From assembly GCA_012729375.1 (NCBI GenBank), contig JAAYDE010000053.1, positions 31,941 through 95,940 on the forward strand: a stretch of DNA of 64,000 bases, written 5' to 3'. Position numbers and translations under genes: made by a program. The notes below the pieces were generated by a model. The model had not been told where the DNA came from, ran no database searches, and saw only the letters and a program-made list of their open reading frames with translations. Each line of letters starts with the position of its first letter. Position 1 is the first letter of the stretch. Positions 52,753 through 62,369 of the stretch are shown here, one piece after another. The stretch comes from Deltaproteobacteria bacterium (GTDB lineage Bacteria; Desulfobacterota; Desulfuromonadia; Desulfuromonadales; JAAYDE01).

Positions 52753-54078
52753 CTATTTTTTATCGGGGGGTTTCCGTTCCCGATCGAGTTTATCCCAGAA
52801 ATCCAACCTTTCCTGGATGGTTTTTTCGTAGCCCCGGCCGGTGGGCCGATAATAGACTCTGCCGTGCAGTTCCTCCGGCAGGTAGTCCTGATCGGTAAAA
52901 CCGCCAGGAAAATCGTGGGCGTAGCGGTATTCCTTGCCGTATCCCCACGCTTTCATCAGGCGCGTGGGGGCATTGCGCAAATGGAGGGGAACCGGCAGGG
53001 CGCCCGATTTTTCGACCTCCGCCTGGGCTTCCCCCAGCCCCCGATAGGAAGCGTTGCTTTTGGGCGCCGTCGCCAGATAGACCGCGGCCTGGGCCAGGTT
53101 GATTCTGCCCTCCGGCAGACCGACGAAATGAACCGCCTGCATGGCGGCGACCGCCACCTGCAGTGCCCGGGGATCGGCGTTGCCGACATCCTCCGAAGCC
53201 AGGATGACCATGCGCCGGGCGATGAACAGCGGATCCTCTCCCGCCTCCAGAAGTCGGGCCAGCCAGTACAGGGCGGCCGTGGGGGAACCGCCGCGCATGC
53301 TTTTGATGAAGGCGGAGACGACGTTGTAGTGTTCCTCGCCCCCCTTGTCATAGAGCAAAGGCTTTTCCTGCAGGGCCTGTTCCACTTCCTGGGCGCCGAT
53401 AATGGTACCGCGGCAGAGGCGGGCGGCTATCTCCAGGGTGTTGAGGGCAACGCGGGCGTCGCCGCGGGCGTAACGGGAGAGGATTTCCCTGGCCTCCGGG
53501 TCGAGGGAGAGGTTTAAAGGGGCAAGCCCCCTCGGCGCGGACATGGCGCGATCGAGAATCTTGCCGATCTCCTCGGCACCGAGGGGCTCCAGGGTGAAGA
53601 CGCGGGAACGGGAAAGGAGGGCGTTGTTGATCTCGAAGGAAGGGTTTTCGGTGGTTGCTCCGATGAGAATGACGTCGCCGGTCTCCACCCCGTGAAGAAG
53701 GGCGTCCTGCTGATTTTTGGCGAGGCGATGGATCTCGTCGAGGAACAGAATGGTGCGCGCGCCATGAAACTTTCTGTCCTCCTGCGCCTGGCGCAGGGCG
53801 TCACGGATTTCCCGGACCCCCTGAAAGACTGCCGAGATGGGGACGAAGCGGCTGCCGGTGGCGTCCGCAACCAGGCGGCCCAGGGTGGTTTTGCCGGTGC
53901 CGGGTGGACCATAGAGGATCAGCGAGGAAAGTCGCCCCGTCTCAATAAAGCGGCGCACAATCCCCTCGGGGCCGATCAGTTTTTCCTGGCCGACCATTTC
54001 ATCAAGAGAGGCGGGGCGCAACCGTTCGGCCAAGGGGGTGGTCTCCTCATGGGCATTGATGTGGTCAAAGAGATCCAT
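52753..54078 (-). CDS. rarA: replication-associated recombination protein A (AAA+ ATPase)
   Basis: LYGPPGTGKTTL Walker A, LFLDEIHR, and a MgsA C-terminal domain. Confidence 0.93.
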   Translation of the reverse strand: MDLFDHINAHEETTPLAERLRPASLDEMVGQEKLIGPEGIVRRFIETGRLSSLILYGPPGTGKTTLGRLVADATGSRFVPISAVFQGVREIRDALRQAQEDRKFHGARTILFLDEIHRLAKNQQDALLHGVETGDVILIGATTENPSFEINNALLSRSRVFTLEPLGAEEIGKILDRAMSAPRGLAPLNLSLDPEAREILSRYARGDARVALNTLEIAARLCRGTIIGAQEVEQALQEKPLLYDKGGEEHYNVVSAFIKSMRGGSPTAALYWLARLLEAGEDPLFIARRMVILASEDVGNADPRALQVAVAAMQAVHFVGLPEGRINLAQAAVYLATAPKSNASYRGLGEAQAEVEKSGALPVPLHLRNAPTRLMKAWGYGKEYRYAHDFPGGFTDQDYLPEELHGRVYYRPTGRGYEKTIQERLDFWDKLDRERKPPDKK

Positions 54079-54195
54079 AGGATTTGCCTATCTTGTTTCC
54101 AGTTTGCATTTTAAAAAACATTTTCATGCATTGTAAAAGATGGACTAATGGCAAGGGAAGTGTTAAAATCCGCTACCTTTTTTGAGCGGCCTTTC

Positions 54196-55062
54196 ATGAA
54201 GAACATCGGCATTTACGTCAAGCATAAGCACCCCTATGCGGTCAATGTCGCTCGAGAAGTGGCCGCTTGGCTGGAAAAGCGCGAACTGCGGGTATTCTTC
54301 GAGGAAGGCCTTGCCGCCGCCATGGGGCGGGAGGGGCTTCCCGCCGCCACTCTGCCTCGCAGTGTCGACCTGATCATCGTCCTGGGCGGGGACGGGACTT
54401 TGATCTCCGTGGCACGGGCCGTGGACGAACTCCAGGTCCCCATCCTCGGGGTCAACCTGGGGCGCCTCGGCTTTCTCGCCGAAGTGGCCCTGAGCGACCT
54501 GTACAAGGCTCTGGAAAAGGTGGTCAGGGGCGAATATGCCCTTTCCACGCGCATGCGCCTGGAGGCAATCGTATGGCGGGATGGCGAGGAGGTCGGCCGT
54601 TTTCGCGTACTGAACGACGTGGTGATCAACAAGGGGGCTTTGGCAAGGATTATCGATATGGAAACCTGGGTGAACGGCGCCTACCTCACCACGTTCCGCG
54701 CCGACGGCCTGATCGTTTCCACGCCGACCGGCTCCACAGCCTACAACCTGGCCGCGGGCGGGCCGATTATCTCTCCCGAGCTCCATTGCTTGGTTCTCTC
54801 CCCCATTTGCCCCCATATGCTTACCAACCGTCCCTTGATCGTTTCCGACGAGGCCGTGATTCGCGTCCGTGTTCAGTTCCGGGATGACGATGTGGCCTTC
54901 ACCGCCGACGGACAGGTAGGCATCCCCCTGCATGGCGGCGACGAGGTGGAAATCCGCAAAGCGAGGATCGGCACCCTGCTGGTGAAGAGTCCCTCCAAGG
55001 AGTATTTCGAGGTATTAAGGAAAAAACTGCTGTGGGGCGGCCAGCAGGAACATCTGTGCTGA
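54196..55062 (+). CDS. nadK: NAD kinase
   Basis: VLGGDGTLISVAR, NLGRLGFL and TPTGSTAYNLAAGGPI motifs. Start placed at ATG 54196 (MKNIGIYVK). Confidence 0.93.
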   Translation: MKNIGIYVKHKHPYAVNVAREVAAWLEKRELRVFFEEGLAAAMGREGLPAATLPRSVDLIIVLGGDGTLISVARAVDELQVPILGVNLGRLGFLAEVALSDLYKALEKVVRGEYALSTRMRLEAIVWRDGEEVGRFRVLNDVVINKGALARIIDMETWVNGAYLTTFRADGLIVSTPTGSTAYNLAAGGPIISPELHCLVLSPICPHMLTNRPLIVSDEAVIRVRVQFRDDDVAFTADGQVGIPLHGGDEVEIRKARIGTLLVKSPSKEYFEVLRKKLLWGGQQEHLC

Positions 55063-55116
55063 CCCGGAAACGGAGCCGGGGTCTGAGGCCAGGGGTGTCT
55101 GGCTGCCGAGGGGAGG

Positions 55117-56784
55117 ATGCTGACTGAACTTGTAATCCGCAATGTCGCCATCATCGATCGTCTGGAACTGCGTTTCGGGCCCGGGTTCAATGTCCTGACC
55201 GGCGAAACGGGGGCCGGCAAGTCGATCATCATCGATGCCATCGACCTGGTCAGGGGAGGGCGGGCCAGTGCCGATCTGATCCGCAGTGGCTGCGAAGAGG
55301 CGGTGGTGGAGGGCGTTTTCGACATTGCCGCCCACCGGCATCTGCACAACTTGGTGGCCGGTATGGGATTCGATTCCGGCGACGAGCTTTTTCTCCGCCG
55401 GGTGCTGTCCCGAAGCGGCAAAAACCGCATTTATATCAACGGTTCCCCGGCCCGTTTGCAGCAACTTCAGGAAGTTGGCAGGGGGCTTGTCGTCATCTAC
55501 GGTCAGCACGAGCACCAGGTTCTGCAAAGAGCCGACCGTCATCTGGAGCAGTTGGATCGGTTCGCCGGTCTCGGCGCCGAGGAGGCCGATTACGGCGCGG
55601 CTTTCCGCCGCCTGCGGGAGTTGACGCAGGCTTTCCAATCCTTTGCGCAGGGGGAAAAAAACCGCGGCGAGCGCTTGGCCTTGCTGGAATTCCAGTGCGC
55701 CGAAATCGCGGCGGCGGCGGTACGGCCGGGAGAAGACGCCGAACTGGAGGCGGAGAAGCTGCGTCTGCAGAACGCCGCCAAGCTGTTTGCGGCAGCGGAG
55801 GAGGGCTACCAGTCCCTCTATGGCGGCGAACGCGCCGTCACCGGCGAACTGGACCGGGTGGCCGCCGCCCTTGCCTCCCTTCAGGAGGCCGACCCGGCCC
55901 TGGGTGCTCTTGCCGAGGCTCTGCGCAACGCTTTCTACACCCTGGAGGATGTCGCCCTTCAGTTGCGGGATTATGGTGCCAGGGTGATTTTCGACGAGGA
56001 ACGGCGGCAGCAGGTGGAGGATCGCCTGCGCCTGCTCAACGGATTGAAACGGAAGTATGGTCCGAACCTGGAGAGGGTTGTGGCTTTTGCCGCCGAGAGC
56101 GCGGCGGAGATTGGCGAACTGAAGAATATCGAAGCGTCTTCCGGTGAACTGCAGAAAGAACTGGCCCAGGGGCGCCAACGGCTGGTCCGGGCCGGAACCC
56201 GCTGGTCGGAAAAAAGGCGCGGGGCATTGGCGGCGATGAAAGCAGAAGTGCAGCGGGAGATGGCTGATCTAGCCATGCCCAAGGCGGCATTCGAGATCCG
56301 CCTTGCCCCCCTTGCCGAACCGGGACCGCGAGGCCTGGAAAGCGGCGAGTTTTTCCTCTCCGTCAACCCCGGCGAGGATCCCAAGCCGCTGGCATTGGTG
56401 GCCTCGGGAGGGGAGCTTTCGCGGATTATGCTGGCTCTCAATCGTGTCGCCCCGGAGCGGGATGCGGCCTTGGCCATGATCTTCGACGAGGTCGATGCCG
56501 GGATCGGCGGCGCCGCCGGCACCGCGGTGGGAAAGAAACTTCGTGAGGTTGCCTGCCGCAACCAGGTCTTGTGCATCACCCATCTGCCCCAGGTTACCGC
56601 CTTCGCGGATATTCATTTCCGGGTGGAGAAACGGCAGCAAGGGGAGCGGACGCTGGTCGCGGCAAGATGTCTGGACGGGGAAGAGAGAGTTGCCGAACTG
56701 GCCCGCATGCTGGGCGGCAGCCGCATTACCGAAAGAACCCTCGACAATGCGCGGGAACTGATCCTGCATGCAGGCTGTCCGTAG
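55117..56784 (+). CDS. recN: DNA repair protein RecN
   Basis: 555 aa starting MLTELVIRNVAIIDRLELRFGPGFNVLTGETGAGKSIIIDAI, with an SMC-like coiled coil and the C-terminal signature SGGELSRIMLAL. Confidence 0.95.
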   Translation: MLTELVIRNVAIIDRLELRFGPGFNVLTGETGAGKSIIIDAIDLVRGGRASADLIRSGCEEAVVEGVFDIAAHRHLHNLVAGMGFDSGDELFLRRVLSRSGKNRIYINGSPARLQQLQEVGRGLVVIYGQHEHQVLQRADRHLEQLDRFAGLGAEEADYGAAFRRLRELTQAFQSFAQGEKNRGERLALLEFQCAEIAAAAVRPGEDAELEAEKLRLQNAAKLFAAAEEGYQSLYGGERAVTGELDRVAAALASLQEADPALGALAEALRNAFYTLEDVALQLRDYGARVIFDEERRQQVEDRLRLLNGLKRKYGPNLERVVAFAAESAAEIGELKNIEASSGELQKELAQGRQRLVRAGTRWSEKRRGALAAMKAEVQREMADLAMPKAAFEIRLAPLAEPGPRGLESGEFFLSVNPGEDPKPLALVASGGELSRIMLALNRVAPERDAALAMIFDEVDAGIGGAAGTAVGKKLREVACRNQVLCITHLPQVTAFADIHFRVEKRQQGERTLVAARCLDGEERVAELARMLGGSRITERTLDNARELILHAGCP

Positions 56785-56832
56785 GGGACGGATTTGAAAA
56801 AACGAAGAGGTCGTTATCCAAACCGGAGTAGA

Positions 56833-56967
56833 TTGTTGGAAAAAGGCGTTTGATGCTTTAGGCAAGGCGCTAGGGTTTCCAAAACCGTGAGTTTTTTCAC
56901 CAACAGGTGAGTATTTGAGAAATCCGGGCCATGCCGCGCAAGGGCCAAAGGAGCCGTTTTTCAGCAG
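56833..56967 (+). repeat. copy B of the dispersed ~130-nt intergenic element
   Basis: Aligns to copies at 23.3 kb (same strand) and 39.0 kb (opposite strand). Its ends, TTGTTGGAAAAAGGC and GCCGTTTTTCAGCAG, form an imperfect inverted repeat. It ends 22 nt before the GNAT start codon. Confidence 0.8.
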
Positions 56968-56988
56968 TCAGATAGGGGAGTCTGCGCC

Positions 56989-57453
56989 ATGCTGATCCGC
57001 AACGCCTGTCTTTCGGATGCCGTGCCGATTCAGAAGCTTTTGATGGAGTACGTTCCCCAAGGAATTGTCCTTTCCCGTTCCCTGGTCGAGATCTACCAGT
57101 CGATCAGGGAATTCAAGGTGGCCGATGAAAACGGCCTTTTGGTCGGGGTCTGCAGCCTGCATATCTGGTGGGAGGATCTGGCCGAGGTCCGCTCCCTGGT
57201 GGTGCGGCCGGGCCGGGAAAAAGGAGGCATCGGCACCTGCCTGGTAGAGGCCACCCTGGAAGAGGCGCGGCAGATGGGAATCAAGAGAGTTTTCGCGCTG
57301 ACCTATAAACCTGATTTTTTCCGTCGCCTCGGATTTTCCGTGGTGGATAAGTCGGAACTGCCGCAAAAGGTCTGGGGGGATTGCGTAAAATGTCCTAAAT
57401 TTCCCCAATGTGATGAAACGGCCGTGAGCCTGCTGCTCACCGCCGCTGCCTAG
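56989..57453 (+). CDS. GNAT family N-acetyltransferase (short ArgA-like)
   Basis: 154 aa with the acetyl-CoA region VVRPGREKGGIGTCLV and a C-terminal CxxCxxxxxC. Confidence 0.8.
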   Translation: MLIRNACLSDAVPIQKLLMEYVPQGIVLSRSLVEIYQSIREFKVADENGLLVGVCSLHIWWEDLAEVRSLVVRPGREKGGIGTCLVEATLEEARQMGIKRVFALTYKPDFFRRLGFSVVDKSELPQKVWGDCVKCPKFPQCDETAVSLLLTAAA

Positions 57454-57538
57454 CGAAAGGCCTGCGACCGGGGGCTTTTGCTTTTGTTCTTTTAATTTTC
57501 GCCCTGGGGCGGATTGCAAACCGATGAAAGGAGGGGTC

Positions 57539-58411
57539 ATGTCCTCCACCCGATTCAGGATCCTGATTTTCCCGGAAGAAGCCGGACAGGTTCGGCAGCT
57601 TCAGCTTAATCCCGGAGTCATCCTGGCGTTTTTGGTCACCACGTTTGCAGCATTTTCGATTGGCGCCGGCTACCTTGCCGCCGATTATTTTCATCTCCGT
57701 TCAGGCCATGAAGAATTACTGCGGCTGCGGGCCGAAAAGCGCGTCTACCAGGAGGAACTGCGCCTGCTCGCCCTTCAGGCCTTGACCTTGCGCCAGAATC
57801 TGGAGGCGCAAGCCCGTTACGACGCCCGGTTTCGCATCCTGTCGCAACAGCCCGTTGCCGATGATGTCAATGAAAATGCTCTCGGGGGGCCAATGGAGCC
57901 GGATAACGCCGAAGCCATCGGCACTATCCAGGGGGCCAAGGATCTGGCGCGACAACACCGGGAATTGCAGCTTCCCCCACAGGAGGAAATTCGCGCCCGC
58001 CCCAAGGAACCTGTTGGCTTGACCTGGAAAAAACCCTCAGGATGGCCGGTCCGCGGCCGGGTCAGTTCCCATTTTGGAGTACGCAAATCCCCTTTTTCCG
58101 GCAGGCAGATTTTTCATGAGGGGATCGATATCGCCGCTCCTGCAGGAACCCCGGTTTTTGCCAGTGCCAAGGGAACGGTTTCCACGGCGAGTTACGCCGC
58201 CGGTTACGGGAATCTAATCGTCATCGACCATGGCAACGGCTATCAGACCGCCTATGGCCACAACTCGAAGATATTCGTCAAGGTGGGACAACAGGTCAAA
58301 AAAGGGCAGAAGATCGCCGCCGTCGGCAGCACGGGCCGTTCCACCGGCCCGCACCTTCATTACGAGGTGCGCCTCCATGGCAAACCGGTCAACCCCCGCA
58401 AATTCCTGTGA
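57539..58411 (+). CDS. M23 family metallopeptidase (peptidoglycan endopeptidase) with an N-terminal membrane anchor and coiled coil
   Basis: HEGIDIAAPAGTPV, IDHGNGYQTAYGHN and GSTGRSTGPHLHYEV motifs. AAGGAGG lies upstream of ATG 57539; the ORF opens at 57524. Confidence 0.88.
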   Translation: MSSTRFRILIFPEEAGQVRQLQLNPGVILAFLVTTFAAFSIGAGYLAADYFHLRSGHEELLRLRAEKRVYQEELRLLALQALTLRQNLEAQARYDARFRILSQQPVADDVNENALGGPMEPDNAEAIGTIQGAKDLARQHRELQLPPQEEIRARPKEPVGLTWKKPSGWPVRGRVSSHFGVRKSPFSGRQIFHEGIDIAAPAGTPVFASAKGTVSTASYAAGYGNLIVIDHGNGYQTAYGHNSKIFVKVGQQVKKGQKIAAVGSTGRSTGPHLHYEVRLHGKPVNPRKFL

Positions 58412-58457
58412 CGGTGAGGATCTCCGGCGAGCGGGGGAAAATGCCCGCCGACATGGG

Positions 58458-59129
58458 TCAACGGTGGGACAAGCAGCGGTAATAGGAATCGAGCTGGTAA
58501 ACGGCGGCCAAGGGATTGTGCCCCAAAAGCCGGTCTTTCACGGCGAGCACCGTGCATGGGGCTTGCCCATGCCGGAAAAACAGCGAATCGTGCCCGACAC
58601 AGAGGCCGAGCAGAATATTGAATTCGGTTTTCGCCTCGTTCAGTAACAGCGCCTGAAGCAGCGGGTTGCACATCGGTTCGAAGCGGCCGGGGTGGAGCTT
58701 GTCGCCATCGTCCAGGCCCAGTTCTTCCTTAGGGGTCCGGCCGACCTTGCAGCAGGCGGAGACCACCTCGAAATCCCTGCCGACGAGAAATTCCGCCACT
58801 TTTTTCCCCTCCCTGTACAGACCCGAACAGAAAGCCAGGCCCAGCTTCCGGTAGCCCATGCGCCCGGCAAATTCGGCGATTTCCAACAGACGCGGCTTGA
58901 TCGGCACAGTATGGCCTTCTTCAAGACGGTAGCCTTCCTTTTCCTGGCACGCCGCCTGGCGGGCGAATTCCCGGCATAGGGGTTCGGCCAACAAGGAGAG
59001 AGCCTTTTGATTCAGTTCCTGGTATATCTCCGTGGGACAGCCGGCGGGCGCCAACCCCAGAGGGGCTTCACAGCTGCGCTCGGAACGGGGAATGGGACAG
59101 CGGGCGCAATCGCAGTTTTCCTGATTCAT
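58458..59129 (-). CDS. DUF1847-like cysteine-rich metal-binding protein
   Basis: 223 aa with an N-terminal CDCARCP...C cluster and conserved LGLCVGHD. The family call is from memory of DUF1847 proteins in anaerobes. Confidence 0.6.
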   Translation of the reverse strand: MNQENCDCARCPIPRSERSCEAPLGLAPAGCPTEIYQELNQKALSLLAEPLCREFARQAACQEKEGYRLEEGHTVPIKPRLLEIAEFAGRMGYRKLGLAFCSGLYREGKKVAEFLVGRDFEVVSACCKVGRTPKEELGLDDGDKLHPGRFEPMCNPLLQALLLNEAKTEFNILLGLCVGHDSLFFRHGQAPCTVLAVKDRLLGHNPLAAVYQLDSYYRCLSHR

Positions 59130-59306
59130 AAGGGTCTTTCCTTGGCGACAGGGGTTATTGTTTGTTATTCTGCATAACGTTTTCCGCTTCCCCTTGTCAA
59201 GGTGGTCTCCGGGGGAGGGAATTTGTAGTTGACAGTCAATGGAAATTATGAATTATTGCCTCGGCCGGCCTCTTTGCGGCGCATTTTCGTTTCCAGGAGA
59301 AAAGCA

Positions 59307-59687
59307 ATGATTGAGTTGAATTTTTCCAAGTCGGCCGACGGGCTGATCCCCGCCGTGGCCCAGGACTGGCAGAGCGGCGAGGTGCTGATGCTCGCCTATA
59401 TCAATCGCGAGGCCTGGGAAAAAAGCCTGACAACGGGGCTGGCCACCTATTGGACCCGCTCCCGCCAGAAGCTCTGGGTGAAGGGGGAAAGCTCGGGTCA
59501 TGTGCAGAAAATAAAGGAAATCCTTGTCGATTGTGACCTTGATACGGTGATCTTCAAGGTGGAGCAGATCGGCGCAGCGGCCTGTCACGAAGGATACCGG
59601 AGCTGTTTCTTCCGGCGCGTCGATAACGGCACTCTGACGGTGACGGGAGAACGGGTCTTTGATCCCGCCCAAGTCTACCGGAAATAA
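59307..59687 (+). CDS. hisI: phosphoribosyl-AMP cyclohydrolase
   Basis: [26 protein letters not shown] and CDLDT motifs. Start placed at ATG 59307. Confidence 0.92.
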   Translation: MIELNFSKSADGLIPAVAQDWQSGEVLMLAYINREAWEKSLTTGLATYWTRSRQKLWVKGESSGHVQKIKEILVDCDLDTVIFKVEQIGAAACHEGYRSCFFRRVDNGTLTVTGERVFDPAQVYRK

Positions 59688-59721
59688 TCAGGATAAAATA
59701 AAAACAAGCAAGGAGTAATGC

Positions 59722-60594
59722 ATGCCGGTGTTGCGTTTGGGGCTTCCCAAGGGGAGTCTGGAAAATACCACTTTTGAGCTTTTCGCCAAGGCGGGGTACA
59801 AGATCGAGGGCGCCTCGCGCTCCTATTATCCCACCATCGACGATCCCGAGATCGAATGTGTTTTGCTGCGCGCTCAGGAAATGGCCCGTTACGTCGACGA
59901 GGGGATTCTGGACGCCGGTCTGACCGGCCTCGACTGGATTCTTGAGAATGACGCAGAGGTGGTCGAGGTGGCCGAACTGGTTTACGGTAAGGTCGGCCGC
60001 AGGCCGTTGCGTTGGGTGGTGGCGGTGCCCCAGGACTCGCCGATACATTCACCTGCCGACCTCCAGGGGAAACGAATTGCCACGGAAGCGGTCGGCATGA
60101 CCCGCCGCTATCTGGAGAAACACGGCGTTCAGGCGATGGTTGAATTCAGCTGGGGAGCCACCGAGGTCAAACCTCCCTACTTGGCCGATGCCATCGTCGA
60201 AATCACCGAAACCGGGTCTTCGCTGCGGGCCAACAACCTGCGCATCGTCGATACGGTATGCACCACGACCACCCGTTTCATCGCCAACAAAGAGGCTTGG
60301 CGGGATTCCTTCAAGCGCAGCAAGATCGAGCGGTTGGCGATGATGCTGCAGGGGGTTCTGGCGGCCGAGAAAAAGGTCGGCCTGATGCTCAACATCCACA
60401 AGGACAATCTGGACCGGGTGCTGGGCATTTTGCCGGCGCTGCACAAACCGACGATCTCCTCCCTCGCCGATGAAAACTGGTTTGCCTTGATGACCATCGT
60501 GGATGAAGCTCTGATCCGTGATATCGCTCCTGAACTGATCGAGGCCGGCGCCACGGGCATTGTCGAATACACACTGAACAAAATCTTCTACTGA
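59722..60594 (+). CDS. hisG: ATP phosphoribosyltransferase (long form)
   Basis: 290 aa starting [10 protein letters not shown], with the [10 protein letters not shown] signature and a C-terminal regulatory domain. Confidence 0.93.
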   Translation: MPVLRLGLPKGSLENTTFELFAKAGYKIEGASRSYYPTIDDPEIECVLLRAQEMARYVDEGILDAGLTGLDWILENDAEVVEVAELVYGKVGRRPLRWVVAVPQDSPIHSPADLQGKRIATEAVGMTRRYLEKHGVQAMVEFSWGATEVKPPYLADAIVEITETGSSLRANNLRIVDTVCTTTTRFIANKEAWRDSFKRSKIERLAMMLQGVLAAEKKVGLMLNIHKDNLDRVLGILPALHKPTISSLADENWFALMTIVDEALIRDIAPELIEAGATGIVEYTLNKIFY

Positions 60595-60608
60595 GGGCCC
60601 TTTGCGCC

Positions 60609-60794
60609 ATGAAATCTGCAACTCCGCCATCACGCATCTGCGCCCGTTGCGGCAAGACTTTTTGCGGGGAGGATGAAGAGTGCCCTGAATGCGCTGCCGG
60701 CTCCCAGGGCATCCGCGGGATTTGGCACTCGCTGATTTATCTGATCGCCCTGGTCGCCCTTCTGGCCATGACCATCCTCATCCGCCACTGGTAA
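60609..60794 (+). CDS. small zinc-ribbon protein with a C-terminal transmembrane helix
   Basis: 61 aa with CARCG...CPEC followed by IWHSLIYLIALVALLAMTILI. It starts 15 nt after the hisG stop. Confidence 0.5.
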   Translation: MKSATPPSRICARCGKTFCGEDEECPECAAGSQGIRGIWHSLIYLIALVALLAMTILIRHW

Positions 60795-60939
60795 GCGGGT
60801 GAAAGCTTCCGGGTCCGTGCCGTTTTGGGCGAAACCCTCAATAGTGGTTGACAGATATGACCTGAGTGGTAAACATTTGTGTGTGCCGAATTTTGAGTCA
60901 TTCAAAATAAACAACACTTATTACCAAGGAGATGAAAAA

Positions 60940-61605
60940 ATGAAAGCGGATAAGCCGGAGAAGGGTGCCATTCTGCAGCGCGACAAGGAAACCTATGCCA
61001 TAGCACCCCACATGCCGGGCGGCGTCACTACCCCTGCATATCTGCGCAAAATAGCCGACGTGGCCGAGAAATATAACGCCAAGGCGCTGAAGGTGACCAG
61101 TTCCCAGCGAATCGCCATTGTCGGGCTGGCCGAAGAAAATCTTGACCGGATCTGGGAGGAACTGGGAGAGAAACCGGGGGCGGCCATCGGCCTCTGCGTG
61201 CGCTCCATCAAGATGTGCCCCGGCACGACCTTTTGCAAACGCGGCCAGCAGGATTCGTTGAAGGTCGGTCTTCATCTCGATGAGAAATACCATGCCTACG
61301 AACTCCCCTGGAAATTCAAGATGGGTGTTTCCGGATGTATTATCGATTGTGGCGAGGTCTGTATAAAGGATGTGGGCCTGATCGGCGGTCCCAAAGGGTG
61401 GAACGTGATGGTTGGCGGGCATGGCGGACCCCAGTCGCGCCTTTCCCAGAGATTGTTGGAGAATGTTTCCGAAGAGCAGGCCCTGCAGCTCATCGGCCGG
61501 ATCGTCGAATGGTTCAAGGCGCAGAACAAGAAGGGGCGTCTCGGAAAACTGATCGAAGAGGTGGGTTTCGACAACTTCAAGGCGGCTGTTCTGCCGGAAG
61601 CCTAG
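60940..61605 (+). CDS. small nitrite/sulfite-reductase-like sirohaem/4Fe-4S protein
   Basis: 221 aa with CPGTTFC (Cx5C) and CIIDC (Cx3C) in the arrangement of sulfite/nitrite reductase cluster-binding motifs. Start placed at ATG 60940 within ORF 60799..61605. Confidence 0.7.
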   Translation: MKADKPEKGAILQRDKETYAIAPHMPGGVTTPAYLRKIADVAEKYNAKALKVTSSQRIAIVGLAEENLDRIWEELGEKPGAAIGLCVRSIKMCPGTTFCKRGQQDSLKVGLHLDEKYHAYELPWKFKMGVSGCIIDCGEVCIKDVGLIGGPKGWNVMVGGHGGPQSRLSQRLLENVSEEQALQLIGRIVEWFKAQNKKGRLGKLIEEVGFDNFKAAVLPEA

Positions 61606-61634
61606 GGTTTTTTGAGCATTTGGAAACTGACTGC

Positions 61635-61663
61635 AAAAGGGGGAGCGATCCCCCTTTTTTATT
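61635..61663. terminator. bidirectional rho-independent terminator between convergent genes
   Basis: AAAAGGGGGA-GCGA-TCCCCCTTTTTTATT: a 6-bp GC stem flanked by an A-run and a T-run. It overlaps the response-regulator stop codon (61659-61661). Confidence 0.75.
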
Positions 61664-62369
61664 GCCCGGAGACGAAGCGGTATCCCTTGCCGCGCACGGT
61701 GAGAAAGTACTCGGGATGGGAGGGGTCGGCCTCAAAGTATTTGCGCAGGCGGGCGATGAAATTGTCCAGGGTGCGGGTTTCCGTTTCCGGCGACAACCCC
61801 CAGACCGAGGCCAGCAATTCGCTTCGTTCGAGGATTTCTCCTTCCCTGGAGAAGAAGATGCGGAGGATTTTCATTTCCAGGTCGGTCAACCCGATCTCCC
61901 CCTGCAGGGTCAACGCCTTCCCCTCCTTGAAATCGACGCGGCAGCCGCCGAAATTGACAACGTCCTGGCTGGCCGGCGATGGGCGGTACCAGTCGGAGCG
62001 CTCCAGCATCCTTTTTACCCGTAGCAGGAATTCGGTCAGCGAAAAAGGTTTGGTCAGATAATCGTCGGCTCCATGGGCCAGTCCGTTGATGCGCTGCGCT
62101 TCATCCCCCAGGGCGGTGAGAAAGAGGATGGGGATGCGGCCGTCCCTTTCACGCACCGAACGGCAGATATCGAAACCGTTGCCGTCGGGGAGCATGACAT
62201 CGAGAATCAAAAGGGAAAAATCCATTCTCTCCAAGGCGGTCCAAGCCTCATGGGCCGTTGCCGCATGGATCACATGGCAGCCTTCCTGCTCCAGATTGAA
62301 AATCAATCCCTGGGCGATATGGATCTCATCCTCCACCAAAAGAATGGTGTGTCCGGGGGACGGTTTCAT
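61659..62369 (-). CDS. OmpR-family response regulator
   Basis: ILLVEDE...LLILDVMLPDGNG receiver domain plus a winged-helix output (TVRGKGYRF). Start moved to ATG 62369; it overlaps the kinase stop by 4 nt. Confidence 0.9.
   Translation of the reverse strand: MKPSPGHTILLVEDEIHIAQGLIFNLEQEGCHVIHAATAHEAWTALERMDFSLLILDVMLPDGNGFDICRSVRERDGRIPILFLTALGDEAQRINGLAHGADDYLTKPFSLTEFLLRVKRMLERSDWYRPSPASQDVVNFGGCRVDFKEGKALTLQGEIGLTDLEMKILRIFFSREGEILERSELLASVWGLSPETETRTLDNFIARLRKYFEADPSHPEYFLTVRGKGYRFVSGQ

Noticed and set aside
56924-56945. A sigma-54 promoter-like GG-N10-GC (GGGCCATGCCGCGCA) inside repeat copy B.
   Set aside because: The corresponding positions in copy A lack the GG dinucleotide, and the match to TGGCAC-N5-TTGCA is poor.
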